A stretch of 64,000 nucleotides of DNA from Planctomycetota bacterium (GTDB lineage Bacteria; Planctomycetota; B15-G4), in contig CBDFJQ010000002.1 of NCBI GenBank assembly GCA_965248575.1, positions 2,432,001 through 2,496,000 on the forward strand, read 5' to 3'. Within the stretch, counting starts at the first letter, position 1, and the number at the start of each line of letters is the position of its first letter. Both the position numbers and the translations under genes were made by a program. Below the pieces are notes generated by a model that saw only the letters and a list, made by a program, of their open reading frames with translations, was not told the DNA's origin and ran no database searches. Below are positions 31,137 to 40,549 of the stretch, piece by piece.

Positions 31137-32732
31137 GTGAGCGAGCAGTCCCGCACCTCCGCACTTCTTCTGCTGGTCCTGCTCCTCTTGGCAGGGGTCT
31201 TGAAGGCCGACTATCTGGCCGCCCATGAGGCGCAGGAACCGCTCCATTTCGCACCCTACGGCGACTCTGTGGTCTGGCTGGACGAGGTGCAGAGGGCCTT
31301 CGGGCAGGGGGGCGACCGGGGAGCGTTCTACAAGCCACCGCTCTACACCGTGCTGCTTGCCCAGCTGGGCGCGCAGGTCGAGGGCGCTGGGCGGCAAGCC
31401 GTGCGTTGGGGGCAGCTGGGCCTGGGGCTCGGCATCCTCACCCTCGTCTTCCTCTGGGCGCAGTCGTTGGCTGCCAGCCGTTCCGGGCGTGGACACCTCG
31501 CCGGCACCCTCGCCTTCCTGGCGCTGCTCTTCTATGCACCCATGAGCTTCCAGGAGACGAAGCTGTTGGACAGCTTGCTGGGGCTCTTCCTCGCCTTGCT
31601 GTCCTGCTTCCTCCTGTGGCGAGCGGAACGCGCCGCACTGGGTCGCAACGCCTTGCTCGGCATCGGTGTGCTCTTTGGCCTGGCGGGCCTCGCGCGCACG
31701 GCCAACCTGTTGCTGGTGCCAGCCTTCGCCTTGGTCCTGTTCGCGCAAGGCCGGCGCGGACCCGCCGCGGCGCTTCTGCTTGGCTGCGTGCTGGCCATCA
31801 CACCCGTCGGCCTGCACAACGTCCGGGCGTGCGGCGAGCTGCTGCCCATCAACTACAGCGAAGGGCACACCTTCCTCGTGGGCAACAACGAGAACTCCCG
31901 GGGCATCTACACCCTCCCCCCTGGCTACCCCGACGGCGTGCTCAACGAACGGCTCGTGGAGCAGGGGATGGCCCGACAGGCGCTGGGCCATCTGCCGTCA
32001 CCCGCCGAACAACGCGATCACTCCTATGCAACCGGCTGGCACTACCTGAGCACCCACCCGGCACGGATTCCCGGCTTGCTCTTCGACAAACTCCGATTCG
32101 CCCTCTCCTCCTATGAGGTGGACGACAACTACTCCCTGCACCGGGAGCGACAGCGCTTCGGACTCCTGCGGTGGGCTTGGCTGCCATTCACGGCCCTCTT
32201 GGCGCTGGGGTTGGCCTTCTTCGTCGAACGAGACTTCCCCGACAAACGCTTTCTCGCCATCCCCTTGGCATTCAACGCAGGCCTGCTCCTGGTGTTCTAC
32301 GTGAATGCGCGCTACCGCCTTCCCCTGGCACCTTTCCTGGCCATCGGCGGCGGCGTCTTCCTGGCCGGGAGATTCCGCTCCCAGAACACGAGCCCGCTCC
32401 GGCGCGCTGCCACCGTCCTGATGCTGCTTGCACCGTTCGCGTTCACGACCCTTGCAGGGCTTCCGTACACCCAGCATGAACTGCGCGAGTCCGAACAGTT
32501 CTTCGACATCGTGCTCGACCTGCATGCCGCCAACACCAGGATCCAGCACGGCGACGTGGAGCAGGCAGCCGCCATCCTCGCCCGAGGGATCCAAACCCAC
32601 CCGTCTTCGCCAGACCTCGCGGCAGCGCTGCCCCGTCTCTTGGCCCAGCTTCCAGCAGCAGAGAGGGCCCGCGCCGAATCCGCTGCAGCGAAGGCCCGCG
32701 AGACTCCAACAGGCGAACCGAGGGATCCGTAG
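31137..32732 (+). CDS. GT-C fold membrane glycosyltransferase (family 39-like) with TPR-like tail
   Basis: FYKPPLY, many TM helices, GNN, YEVDDN, RYRLP; paralog-like to 14552-16369. Confidence 0.82.
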   Translation: MSEQSRTSALLLLVLLLLAGVLKADYLAAHEAQEPLHFAPYGDSVVWLDEVQRAFGQGGDRGAFYKPPLYTVLLAQLGAQVEGAGRQAVRWGQLGLGLGILTLVFLWAQSLAASRSGRGHLAGTLAFLALLFYAPMSFQETKLLDSLLGLFLALLSCFLLWRAERAALGRNALLGIGVLFGLAGLARTANLLLVPAFALVLFAQGRRGPAAALLLGCVLAITPVGLHNVRACGELLPINYSEGHTFLVGNNENSRGIYTLPPGYPDGVLNERLVEQGMARQALGHLPSPAEQRDHSYATGWHYLSTHPARIPGLLFDKLRFALSSYEVDDNYSLHRERQRFGLLRWAWLPFTALLALGLAFFVERDFPDKRFLAIPLAFNAGLLLVFYVNARYRLPLAPFLAIGGGVFLAGRFRSQNTSPLRRAATVLMLLAPFAFTTLAGLPYTQHELRESEQFFDIVLDLHAANTRIQHGDVEQAAAILARGIQTHPSSPDLAAALPRLLAQLPAAERARAESAAAKARETPTGEPRDP

Positions 32733-32791
32733 GCAGAACTCAGCGGGAGGTCCCCGCTGACTTGAGAGTCCGCTTCCCGGAGACCTCCTTC

Positions 32792-33517
32792 ATGGCCCTC
32801 GAACAGGTAACCCACGTGCAGTCCCACCAGCCGTCCCGTCGCCGCATCGGCTGGGCAGCTGTCGCCTGCGTGCTCCTGGGGGTCAGCGCAGCTTGCCAAT
32901 CGACAACTGCGACCCGCGCACCCACGACCCACGCCGAAGCAGAGTGCGTCACGGCCATGCCGGAGATGACGTCTGTCATGAACGGCGATGGTGTCTACGC
33001 CGTCACGGGGGACGACAGCGCGCATCACAGGCTGCGTTTCGTGGACGGGCAGGTCTCCCGCAACGACAGTTGCATGATCCGCCTCGGCAATCGCCTCAAC
33101 ACCAAGGTCCCGCCGCTCTACATCAACGGCGAACCCGTTGGCTTCTGCTGAGTGCCCTGCCCCGACGTCTTCGTGCAAGACGTCCCTGAAGCAGTGCAGC
33201 GCAAAGGCCTCACCTACAACTGCTACATGAACCCCACGCGCCCGGCCATCCTGGACGCCACCCACGCCATCCGGCTCAACTACGAGACGTACTTCTTCGC
33301 CGATACCGCTGCGAAGGAACTGTTTCGAGGAGATGTCCTGCGCTTCTGTGGCCTGCTCACGGACCCGGTCAGCAAGCGACGCTTCCGCCCCACCGTCGAC
33401 TCACCGATCTCGAGGGACGAAGAGACGGGCATCAAGTACTACTTCGAGTCCGAAGCCAGCCAACACATGTTCGACGTGGACCCGGACAGCTACCGCTTGC
33501 CGGGATACCAGATGTAG
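32792..33517 (+). CDS. YHS-domain lipoprotein, probable selenoprotein (TGA 33149-33151 read as Sec)
   Basis: ORFs 32762-33151 and 33152-33517 are contiguous and in frame; readthrough gives VGFC-U-VPC in the YHS FCCxxC position; lipobox SAAC; downstream hairpin. Confidence 0.82.
33164..33184 (+). promoter_or_regulatory. Candidate bacterial SECIS hairpin
   Basis: GACGTCTT-cgtgc-AAGACGTC, perfect 8-bp stem beginning 12 nt after the UGA. Confidence 0.7.
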
Positions 33518-33539
33518 CGCCGCGCGCGGCGAGCGGCAC

Positions 33540-34736
33540 TCAGCCCTGCGCTGGCTCGCTTGCCTCGGCGGGTTCACCCAGCTCGGCAGGCCCTGCCGTC
33601 TTGCTCAAGGCCGCAGCCTCGGCGGACAGGTCTTGGGGTGCCCGCCCCACCTGGGTCAGGTAGATGAGGTAGTACGCCATGGCACCGGCCAGCAACTGGA
33701 TGGCCGCGTGGATGGCGGTGATGCCCGCCAACGCCTGGTCCGCAGAGACCCCCAGGATGTACACGAGACAGACCTTCCCGAAGTAGTGGAAGGCGCCGAT
33801 CCCACCCGGCGTGGGGAACAACATGCCGATGGTCGTGAAGGTGTAGAGCAGGAACACCGAGCGCAGGCTCAGCTCCTCGAGCCCGAAGGCCGTGCAACCA
33901 CGCTCGAAGGCGAAGAGCCAGCAGACCCAGATAAGCAGCGACAGCCCCGCCGTCAGCACCGCCTGCCCCGGACGGGAGACCAGCACCAGGATGCCCGCCG
34001 AGAACTCGGCCAAGGCGCCTTCCACCCGTGAGCTCAGGCCCGCAGGAAGCCGACGCAAGAGCGGAGACAGCCAACGCCGGGTCGCCTCCGGCCGCAACGC
34101 AAACATCACCAGCACACAGGCCACCACGGACAGCAGCGCCAGCATGACCAGCGCGGCCGTGCGCATGTCGCCCAACTCGAGACTCATGGCCTGCCCCGAG
34201 GCACCCAGCTTCTGGGCCTCCTGGGCGAGTCCTGCCGACAACTGTTCGGCCTCACCAGCCGTGAACACGAGCATGCTCGCCAAGACCAGCAGCGCCAGCA
34301 TGAACACATCGATCATGCGTTCGATGAGGACCGTCGCCGCGATCAGGGCGACGGGGATCCGCGTGCGGCGATTCAGGTGGACCATGCGGACCACTTCGCC
34401 CACGCGCGGAAGCACCGCGTTGATGGCATAGCCCAGACAGGCAGAGGCCGTGGTGAAGTGGACAGAAACGGGCACGCCCAGCAAGCAGCGCTGCCGGACA
34501 CCGCGCACCACAACGGAGGCGCCCGAGAACACCAACAACCCCAGCAACGGACCGATCCGGGCGTCCACGAACACCTGCTTCATCTGCTCGACGCCCAGCT
34601 CGCTGTCCCGGAACGTGAGATACAGCAGACCCGCACCGAGCGTCAGGCTCACGAGGACCTTCAGCAGCTTGCCCAAGAAACCTCCTTGGGTGCGCTTGTC
34701 CGGGGCGACATCCCCGCCGGGTTCATCCGTCTCCAC
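33540..34736 (-). CDS. Lysylphosphatidylglycerol-synthase-TM/UPF0104 flippase-like membrane protein
   Basis: NAVLPRVGEVVR, ERMID, PTPGGIGAFH, many TM helices. Confidence 0.88.
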   Translation of the reverse strand: METDEPGGDVAPDKRTQGGFLGKLLKVLVSLTLGAGLLYLTFRDSELGVEQMKQVFVDARIGPLLGLLVFSGASVVVRGVRQRCLLGVPVSVHFTTASACLGYAINAVLPRVGEVVRMVHLNRRTRIPVALIAATVLIERMIDVFMLALLVLASMLVFTAGEAEQLSAGLAQEAQKLGASGQAMSLELGDMRTAALVMLALLSVVACVLVMFALRPEATRRWLSPLLRRLPAGLSSRVEGALAEFSAGILVLVSRPGQAVLTAGLSLLIWVCWLFAFERGCTAFGLEELSLRSVFLLYTFTTIGMLFPTPGGIGAFHYFGKVCLVYILGVSADQALAGITAIHAAIQLLAGAMAYYLIYLTQVGRAPQDLSAEAAALSKTAGPAELGEPAEASEPAQG

Positions 34737-35799
34737 GGAGTGACCCCAAAGTGCAGTGCTGACACGTGGACAGACTTCGATTGGAGAAGTCCTCCAGGAT
34801 CTTCCGGTGGGCGCGGCTGCGCCAGACGCTGGCGAAATCCTGTTCGGTCAGGTTGCCGAAGGAGGTTTCACCGCGGGCGTCCAGACAGCAGGCGACGACG
34901 CTGCCGTCCGCGAGGACCGTCGCCCGCTCCAGCTGCGGACACATGGCACGATGCCGGTACAGTTTCTGGGGCTCGGACACCGGCCGGGAATACCGCCGCT
35001 CATCGTTCTCATGGTCGACCTTCGACCAGAATTCTTGCGCTTCCGGCGTGGGGTCAGCCACATAGGCCGGACGTTTGAGGCTCACGACATCCGTCCCCAG
35101 TTCTCGCAGGAAAACCTCCGCTTCGCGCTCACGGTCCTCGTTGTAGGAGAACATGATCATCTGCGCCTGAACGACCGGGTGTGCCAAGCCCCGCCGCTCC
35201 CGTTCCTGCATGAGCGCCTTGACGTTCGCCACCACCCGGCCGAAGTCGCCGCCCACCCGGTACTTGGAGTAGTCGCCGGCGTCCACGCCATCGATCGCGA
35301 TGGAGATGTGCGTGAGGCCAGAGTCCAGGATCTCGTCTACATGACGGTCCAGGATCATGCCGTTGGTCGAGAAGCTCGAAGAGATCCCTGCATCCTCGCA
35401 GCGACGCACGAACTGGAACAGCTCCTTGTGCAGCAGAGGCTCGCCCATGAGGTGGAAACTCACCTGCTTCATCCTGTGCCGGCAGGCGGCGACCACTCTC
35501 TCGACGTGGGTGGCTTCCAGGAAGCTCACGCCTCGCGGCGTGATATGGGTGATGCAGAGCGGGCATCGCAAGTTGCACGAGGTGGTCACCTCGAGTTGGG
35601 CAGAGCTTGGCATCTTGCTCAACACCAAGGCGTGGCGCAGTCGCCTGGGGAGCAAGACGTACAGGCCCCGCTTTGCCATGCGCTTCACGCGGGCCAGGCC
35701 GTTGCGCCAGGGCGGCGATGCTCCCAACAGCGCAGCCATCCCTAGGGGTGTCGGCCCGTCAGCTTCGTGCAGATCGGCATCTTCACTTCCCCAGGGCAT
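34723..35799 (-). CDS. Radical SAM/SPASM domain protein
   Basis: CNLRCPLC, GEPLL, STNG, C-terminal C...DGSVVACC...GNL...CQHC; start uncertain. Confidence 0.92.
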   Translation of the reverse strand: MPWGSEDADLHEADGPTPLGMAALLGASPPWRNGLARVKRMAKRGLYVLLPRRLRHALVLSKMPSSAQLEVTTSCNLRCPLCITHITPRGVSFLEATHVERVVAACRHRMKQVSFHLMGEPLLHKELFQFVRRCEDAGISSSFSTNGMILDRHVDEILDSGLTHISIAIDGVDAGDYSKYRVGGDFGRVVANVKALMQERERRGLAHPVVQAQMIMFSYNEDREREAEVFLRELGTDVVSLKRPAYVADPTPEAQEFWSKVDHENDERRYSRPVSEPQKLYRHRAMCPQLERATVLADGSVVACCLDARGETSFGNLTEQDFASVWRSRAHRKILEDFSNRSLSTCQHCTLGSLRGDG

Positions 35800-35881
35800 C
35801 CACCTCGCGGGTCTTGATTGTCGGCGCTCGCCAGCGCACGCACCAAGAACGTGTGAAGTCTAACAGGCTCTCGCGAGGCGC

Positions 35882-38008
35882 TCAGGGTGCGTTGCGCATC
35901 TCCCGTGGCCGCGGCGGTCCAGCGGGGCGCTCCCAGCCGGGCATCAACCGCACGCCATCCTCGTCGAGCGAGGTCCACAAACTCACCGCTGGCATGCTCC
36001 ACCCCCCTTGGCTCAGGAAGTCCTCGTAGTGACTCCACCAACTGGCCGGGGAAGCTGGCAGCACCTGCAATTGGTGGGTCAGGTGCTTGAACACTGGCTG
36101 CACGGCAGGACACAGCTCCGCCGGAGCGTCCTCCAGGTACACCGCGAAGAAGTGCCGGGCCGCCACCAGGGCCTCGATGCGCCGACCCCCTTGCTCCCGC
36201 TCCGAGACGGCGCGCCACAGCCGAGCCGTCTGCAGGATCGTCTCCAGGCGAATGCTGCGGAAGCGGGCCTGGATGGCGTACTCCAGCAACTCGATGCCTT
36301 CCTCCAGGGAGCCGGCCCGCTCCAGGACGACAACCAACTTGGAAATCGCCCCCTCGTCGGAGGGTTTCTCACGAACCACCTCCCTCATGATCTCGGCAGC
36401 TTCCGCATGTCGCCCCAGGAGCGAAAGGGCCTCCCCGACGTCGGCCTTGAGCTCCACCTTGTACGGCGAAAGCCGACGCCCCCGTAGGAAGGACACGAGG
36501 GCCTGCTCCCCACGCCCCAGCGCCAGCTGCCATCGCCCCAAGGCCTGCTCGGGCAGCCAGGAGCCCGTCAGCATCCGGGTCACGGGGCGCAGCGCCTCGA
36601 TGGCTGCCACCCGTTCATTGGCAGCTGCCAACGCCTCGGCCCGAGCCACCTGCCTGGTCGCGGGAGCGCGTTGCAGGATGTACACACAGCTCGATCCCGC
36701 CAGCAACAACACGACCCACGCCACAACGCGCCGAACACCTTGCCGGCGACGACCATGCACCGAGGTCTTCGCCAAGGCTTGGGCCGCGGAGGCGGGGCTC
36801 GCGGACGTCACCCCCATCAGGACCGCCAGCGCTGCGGCGCTGCTCCCAAGGGTGAAGGGGACCTCGAACAGGCCCGCGACCAGGAAGGCCGCGAGGCTGC
36901 CCAACATCCCCGCAGGCAAGGAGTAGGACGCGAGCGTTGCTGCCGCGCGCATGCGCAGCAAGGTGCTCCAGGCCAGGGCTCCGAAGATCCCCAGGAAGAG
37001 CAGAAGCCCCGGTGCACCCAACTCAGCGAGCACCTGCAATGCGTCGTTGTGGGCATGGGGCCTGTCCTGCAGATAGCGTTCGGTGCGCGGATACTCCACC
37101 GCCCAGTTGCCGCTTCCCACCCCGCCCCAGGGCGATTGCTTGGCCATGCGGATCGTGCCGCTGAAGACGTCGGCCCGGAATCCCGCCTGCTCAGGGCGAT
37201 AGATCTCCCACTGCTGAAGCACTGCGACGGCCCGGTAGTAGCTGCCTTTCGCCAGCCCGCGCGCCGAGTCGGAGAAGGGCAGCAGACAGAGCAGGACACA
37301 CACCCCGGCGAGCGCCCACCGGCGAAGAGCGAGGGCCATCAGCGGCTTCCTCCACAGACAGAGGGCGCACCAGACACCCAGTCCGGCAGCCGCGGCAAGC
37401 ACGCCCCCAAGACTCTGGAGCGAGAGCACGTAGGACCCCAGCACGACGGCGCTGACGCCGCCCCAAAGACGTTGCTGTCCGCGCCCACCCAGGCACAAGG
37501 CGACGGACGCGGGAATCAACAAGGCGCCGTAGCTGGCAGCCATGTTCGCGTGCTCGAACAACAGCGATGCCGACTTGCCTTCCACGGCCACGCCGGGTGA
37601 CAGCGCGTGGTCAACCACGGCTGCAGCTGCACCCACGACGCAGAGCCTCGTCAACCAGACCCCTGTCTGCTGTTGGAGGGACGCGCAAGACCGGACGCTG
37701 CGCGTCACCCCGAGCACACCCAGGAGCATGGCGGTGCCCGCAAGCCCTGCTGCCCAGTTGGTCGCCCACGAAAGCGAAACAAAGGACCAGAGCACGAAGG
37801 CACCCAGCAGGGATTCGTGCAAGGGCGGAACCGACAAGCCGTGACCAGAGGCCAGGCAAACCCACGCTTCCCTCACCAAGAGCGCACATCCGAGCAGGCC
37901 CAGAAGCAGCCGCTGGACCGAGAGCGTGTCGACCCCAAAGGGGTCCACCGCAAAGGGCACACCCAGCGCGAGGGTCACGAGCAGGAGCCGTGCAGCCGAA
38001 GAACTCAC
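35882..38008 (-). CDS. O-antigen ligase (Wzy_C) family protein with TPR C-terminus
   Basis: GVGSGNW, HAHNDALQVLAELG; start moved to GTG 38008 to avoid the divergent gene. Confidence 0.87.
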   Translation of the reverse strand: MSSSAARLLLVTLALGVPFAVDPFGVDTLSVQRLLLGLLGCALLVREAWVCLASGHGLSVPPLHESLLGAFVLWSFVSLSWATNWAAGLAGTAMLLGVLGVTRSVRSCASLQQQTGVWLTRLCVVGAAAAVVDHALSPGVAVEGKSASLLFEHANMAASYGALLIPASVALCLGGRGQQRLWGGVSAVVLGSYVLSLQSLGGVLAAAAGLGVWCALCLWRKPLMALALRRWALAGVCVLLCLLPFSDSARGLAKGSYYRAVAVLQQWEIYRPEQAGFRADVFSGTIRMAKQSPWGGVGSGNWAVEYPRTERYLQDRPHAHNDALQVLAELGAPGLLLFLGIFGALAWSTLLRMRAAATLASYSLPAGMLGSLAAFLVAGLFEVPFTLGSSAAALAVLMGVTSASPASAAQALAKTSVHGRRRQGVRRVVAWVVLLLAGSSCVYILQRAPATRQVARAEALAAANERVAAIEALRPVTRMLTGSWLPEQALGRWQLALGRGEQALVSFLRGRRLSPYKVELKADVGEALSLLGRHAEAAEIMREVVREKPSDEGAISKLVVVLERAGSLEEGIELLEYAIQARFRSIRLETILQTARLWRAVSEREQGGRRIEALVAARHFFAVYLEDAPAELCPAVQPVFKHLTHQLQVLPASPASWWSHYEDFLSQGGWSMPAVSLWTSLDEDGVRLMPGWERPAGPPRPREMRNAP

Positions 38009-38059
38009 GCACCCATCCTGCGTGAGGAGCACCGCGAGGGGAACGTTATGCTCCACGTC

Positions 38060-38635
38060 ATGCACCCGAGCTTCGCAGAGCTGTTCACGGAATTCGATGG
38101 CCGCAGCGTCGAACCCTTCCGACGCGTCGCAGAACTGCTCCCACAGACGTCTGCCAGCTTGGTGCAGCTCGTGCGCTGGCTCAGCCAGCTCGAGCCTGCC
38201 GACGCCGCGTCCAAGGCCGAGACACCCGTTGCAGCGGAGGTTGGCGCCACCTGGGTGGTGAAGCACTTCCTCGAGCAGGGCGTTGCAACCGACCAGCAGA
38301 CGGCCCGCATGCTGTGCGGACTCCTGGACCGGCTGGTCGCGCAGGACGCCGTGCTTCACGTTCTCCAATGCCTGCCGTTCCTGAACCTGGAGCTGCCGCC
38401 AGGGCAAGCCAGGGCGCTCTCCGAGTCATTGCATCGGCACCGGCTGCACAAAAGCGCCTTCGTCCGGGCCTGGTCCTACAACGGCCTCGCGCTGCTGGCC
38501 ATCGGGACACCGACGGACAGGGCCCAGGTGATGCAGCTCTTGAAGCAGGCTTCGACAGGGGAATCGGCCGCCGTCAAGGCACGCATCCGCCACGCGCTCC
38601 ACGCGCTCGAGAAGGCCGCGCCCCAGAACCCCTGA
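38060..38635 (+). CDS. Hypothetical helical-repeat protein
   Basis: C-terminal part of ORF 37607-38635 (FVRAWSYNGL, AAVKARIR); start 38048 or 38060. Confidence 0.65.
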   Translation: MHPSFAELFTEFDGRSVEPFRRVAELLPQTSASLVQLVRWLSQLEPADAASKAETPVAAEVGATWVVKHFLEQGVATDQQTARMLCGLLDRLVAQDAVLHVLQCLPFLNLELPPGQARALSESLHRHRLHKSAFVRAWSYNGLALLAIGTPTDRAQVMQLLKQASTGESAAVKARIRHALHALEKAAPQNP

Positions 38636-38803
38636 CGAGGCCCAGGACGGCTGCCCTCCCAAATGGCCGAGTGGCCCAGCCCGTGGTAGCTTTGACCCGT
38701 GCGTTCCAGGCCGAATAGGGCTGGGCGTTCGCCCCTGGCTGGCCCCGCGTTGACTTGGCCAAGGGCCCACACGGGGTCTGCAAGAGATCCAGGAAGCCAT
38801 CAC

Positions 38804-40345
38804 ATGTCCAATCGCCGCAGCGCCCTGCTCACAGCACGCCTGTTCGGGCTCGCCCTGGGCTGCCTGTTGGTGGCGAGTCTTTCGGCCCAGGCCCAGTTCA
38901 GCTCCGAGGTGATGGGTGAGGCCTCCAGCTTGGGTCCTGTGCTGGAACTTGAAATCGTCCCCGCAGACCTTGAGACGGGCGACAGTTTCGGTTCCAGCAG
39001 CGACATCCAGGGCGACGTCGCCGTCTTCAGCGCACACTTCTCCGATGAGATCGCCCCGGAAGCCGGCGCGGTCTATGTGTTCCGACGCGGCGCCAGCGGA
39101 TGGCAACAAGAGGTCAAACTCACTCCCGCTGACCTCGCCCAAGACGACAACTTCGGCTACTCCTGCTCACTCGATGGCGATGTACTCGTGATCTCCGCGC
39201 CCCGGCACAACGCCATGGGCACGCAGGTGGGCGCTGTCTACGTCTATCGCTACGACGGCAACAGCTGGAACCAGGAACAGAAGCTGTTCCCGCCTACGCC
39301 CCTGGCCTTCGGTCGCTTCGGCACCGATGTGTCTGTCTCGGGCGACGTGATCGCCGTGGGCCGCTATCGCGTGGTGGGCGGTGTGCTCGGCGAGGTGCAC
39401 CTGTTCCGGTACAACGCAGGCATCTGGGCCATCGAAGACACGGTGACGGGTGCCGACTCAGTCGTGGGCGATCTCTACGCATACTCTCTCGATCTGGACG
39501 GCGACGAGCTGGTGGTGGGCGCCTACCTGGACGACACCTTCGGCTCGATGTACTTCTACCGGCGCAACGGCAGCACCTGGGAGTTCAAGCAGAAGGTCTT
39601 CGCCATCGACAAGCAGGATGGCGACCTGTTCAGCAAGGGCATCTCCATGGATGGCGATGTCGTGGTCACGGGCTCCAATCGTGAGGACCAGCTGGGCACG
39701 GACGCCGGCGCAGCCTATGTGTTCCGCTTCAGCGGCTCCGAATGGGTTCACGAGCAGAAGCTGCTCGCCTCCGACGGGCGGGTCATGGACCGCTTTGGAA
39801 CCCACATCGCCGTGAACGACGGCTTGATCGTCGTGGGCTCCCGTCTGGACGACCACGTCGGCGGAGTGGACGCGGGATCGGCCTACATCTTCCGCTACGA
39901 CGGCAGCTCCTGGACCGAGCGACGAAAGCTGATCGGATCCGACAGTGCCGCGGGCGACTGGGCCGGGCACACGGTGGCGACCGATGGCCGCAGCGTTCTC
40001 ATGAACTCGCCCCTGCACAGCCACCCCAGCACCCCCACTTCTGGCACGTCCTACCTCTATAGCTTCCCCTTCCGTGAGTTCGCGGGTGTCTTCCCCTCGG
40101 GGTCCCAAGCGATCATGGCGACGGCACCGACCGGCAACCCGGTCATCCTGCTCACCGTCGCGGGGCACAACCAACGCCTGGACACCCACGACATGGGCAC
40201 TCCCGACCAGGCTCCCAGGGACGCCAGCGGCCTGACGGGCCGTTGGCCGGAACATTGGGGAGCCGAGCCCCCCGCCGGGGTGCACGTCTACGCCGTGGAC
40301 ACCCACGGCCGCATCGCCGGGCGTTGGGCAGGGCCGCAGCGCTGA
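38804..40345 (+). CDS. Secreted FG-GAP repeat beta-propeller protein
   Basis: About seven FG...DGD...GA...GAVYVF/Y...W..EQKL repeats after a signal peptide. Confidence 0.92.
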   Translation: MSNRRSALLTARLFGLALGCLLVASLSAQAQFSSEVMGEASSLGPVLELEIVPADLETGDSFGSSSDIQGDVAVFSAHFSDEIAPEAGAVYVFRRGASGWQQEVKLTPADLAQDDNFGYSCSLDGDVLVISAPRHNAMGTQVGAVYVYRYDGNSWNQEQKLFPPTPLAFGRFGTDVSVSGDVIAVGRYRVVGGVLGEVHLFRYNAGIWAIEDTVTGADSVVGDLYAYSLDLDGDELVVGAYLDDTFGSMYFYRRNGSTWEFKQKVFAIDKQDGDLFSKGISMDGDVVVTGSNREDQLGTDAGAAYVFRFSGSEWVHEQKLLASDGRVMDRFGTHIAVNDGLIVVGSRLDDHVGGVDAGSAYIFRYDGSSWTERRKLIGSDSAAGDWAGHTVATDGRSVLMNSPLHSHPSTPTSGTSYLYSFPFREFAGVFPSGSQAIMATAPTGNPVILLTVAGHNQRLDTHDMGTPDQAPRDASGLTGRWPEHWGAEPPAGVHVYAVDTHGRIAGRWAGPQR

Positions 40346-40549
40346 GCTCCGCTCAGAAGCTCCCAATTCAGACGCCCGCCCTTCCAGCGAGAGAGGCGCA
40401 GGTCTCAGCCCTCGCTGTGGGCTTGGATTCGCTTATCCTCTGCACCTTTCTCCGCTGCTGCTGTTCCAGCTGAACCAGCCCCGGACGACTACGGCTGGGA
40501 GACCTCCTCGCGTGACCCCCAAGGCCAGGCAACACGGAACCGCACCGTC

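Noticed and set aside
33152..33517. Treating 33152-33517 and 59583-59909 as separate genes, or the loci as pseudogenes
   Set aside because: Each TGA sits at a Cys position inside a domain with a SECIS-like hairpin behind it; recoding is the simpler explanation
35882..38407. Apparent 360-800 bp overlap between the O-antigen ligase ORF and ORF 37607-38635
   Set aside because: Disappears when starts are placed at 38008 (minus) and 38048/38060 (plus)
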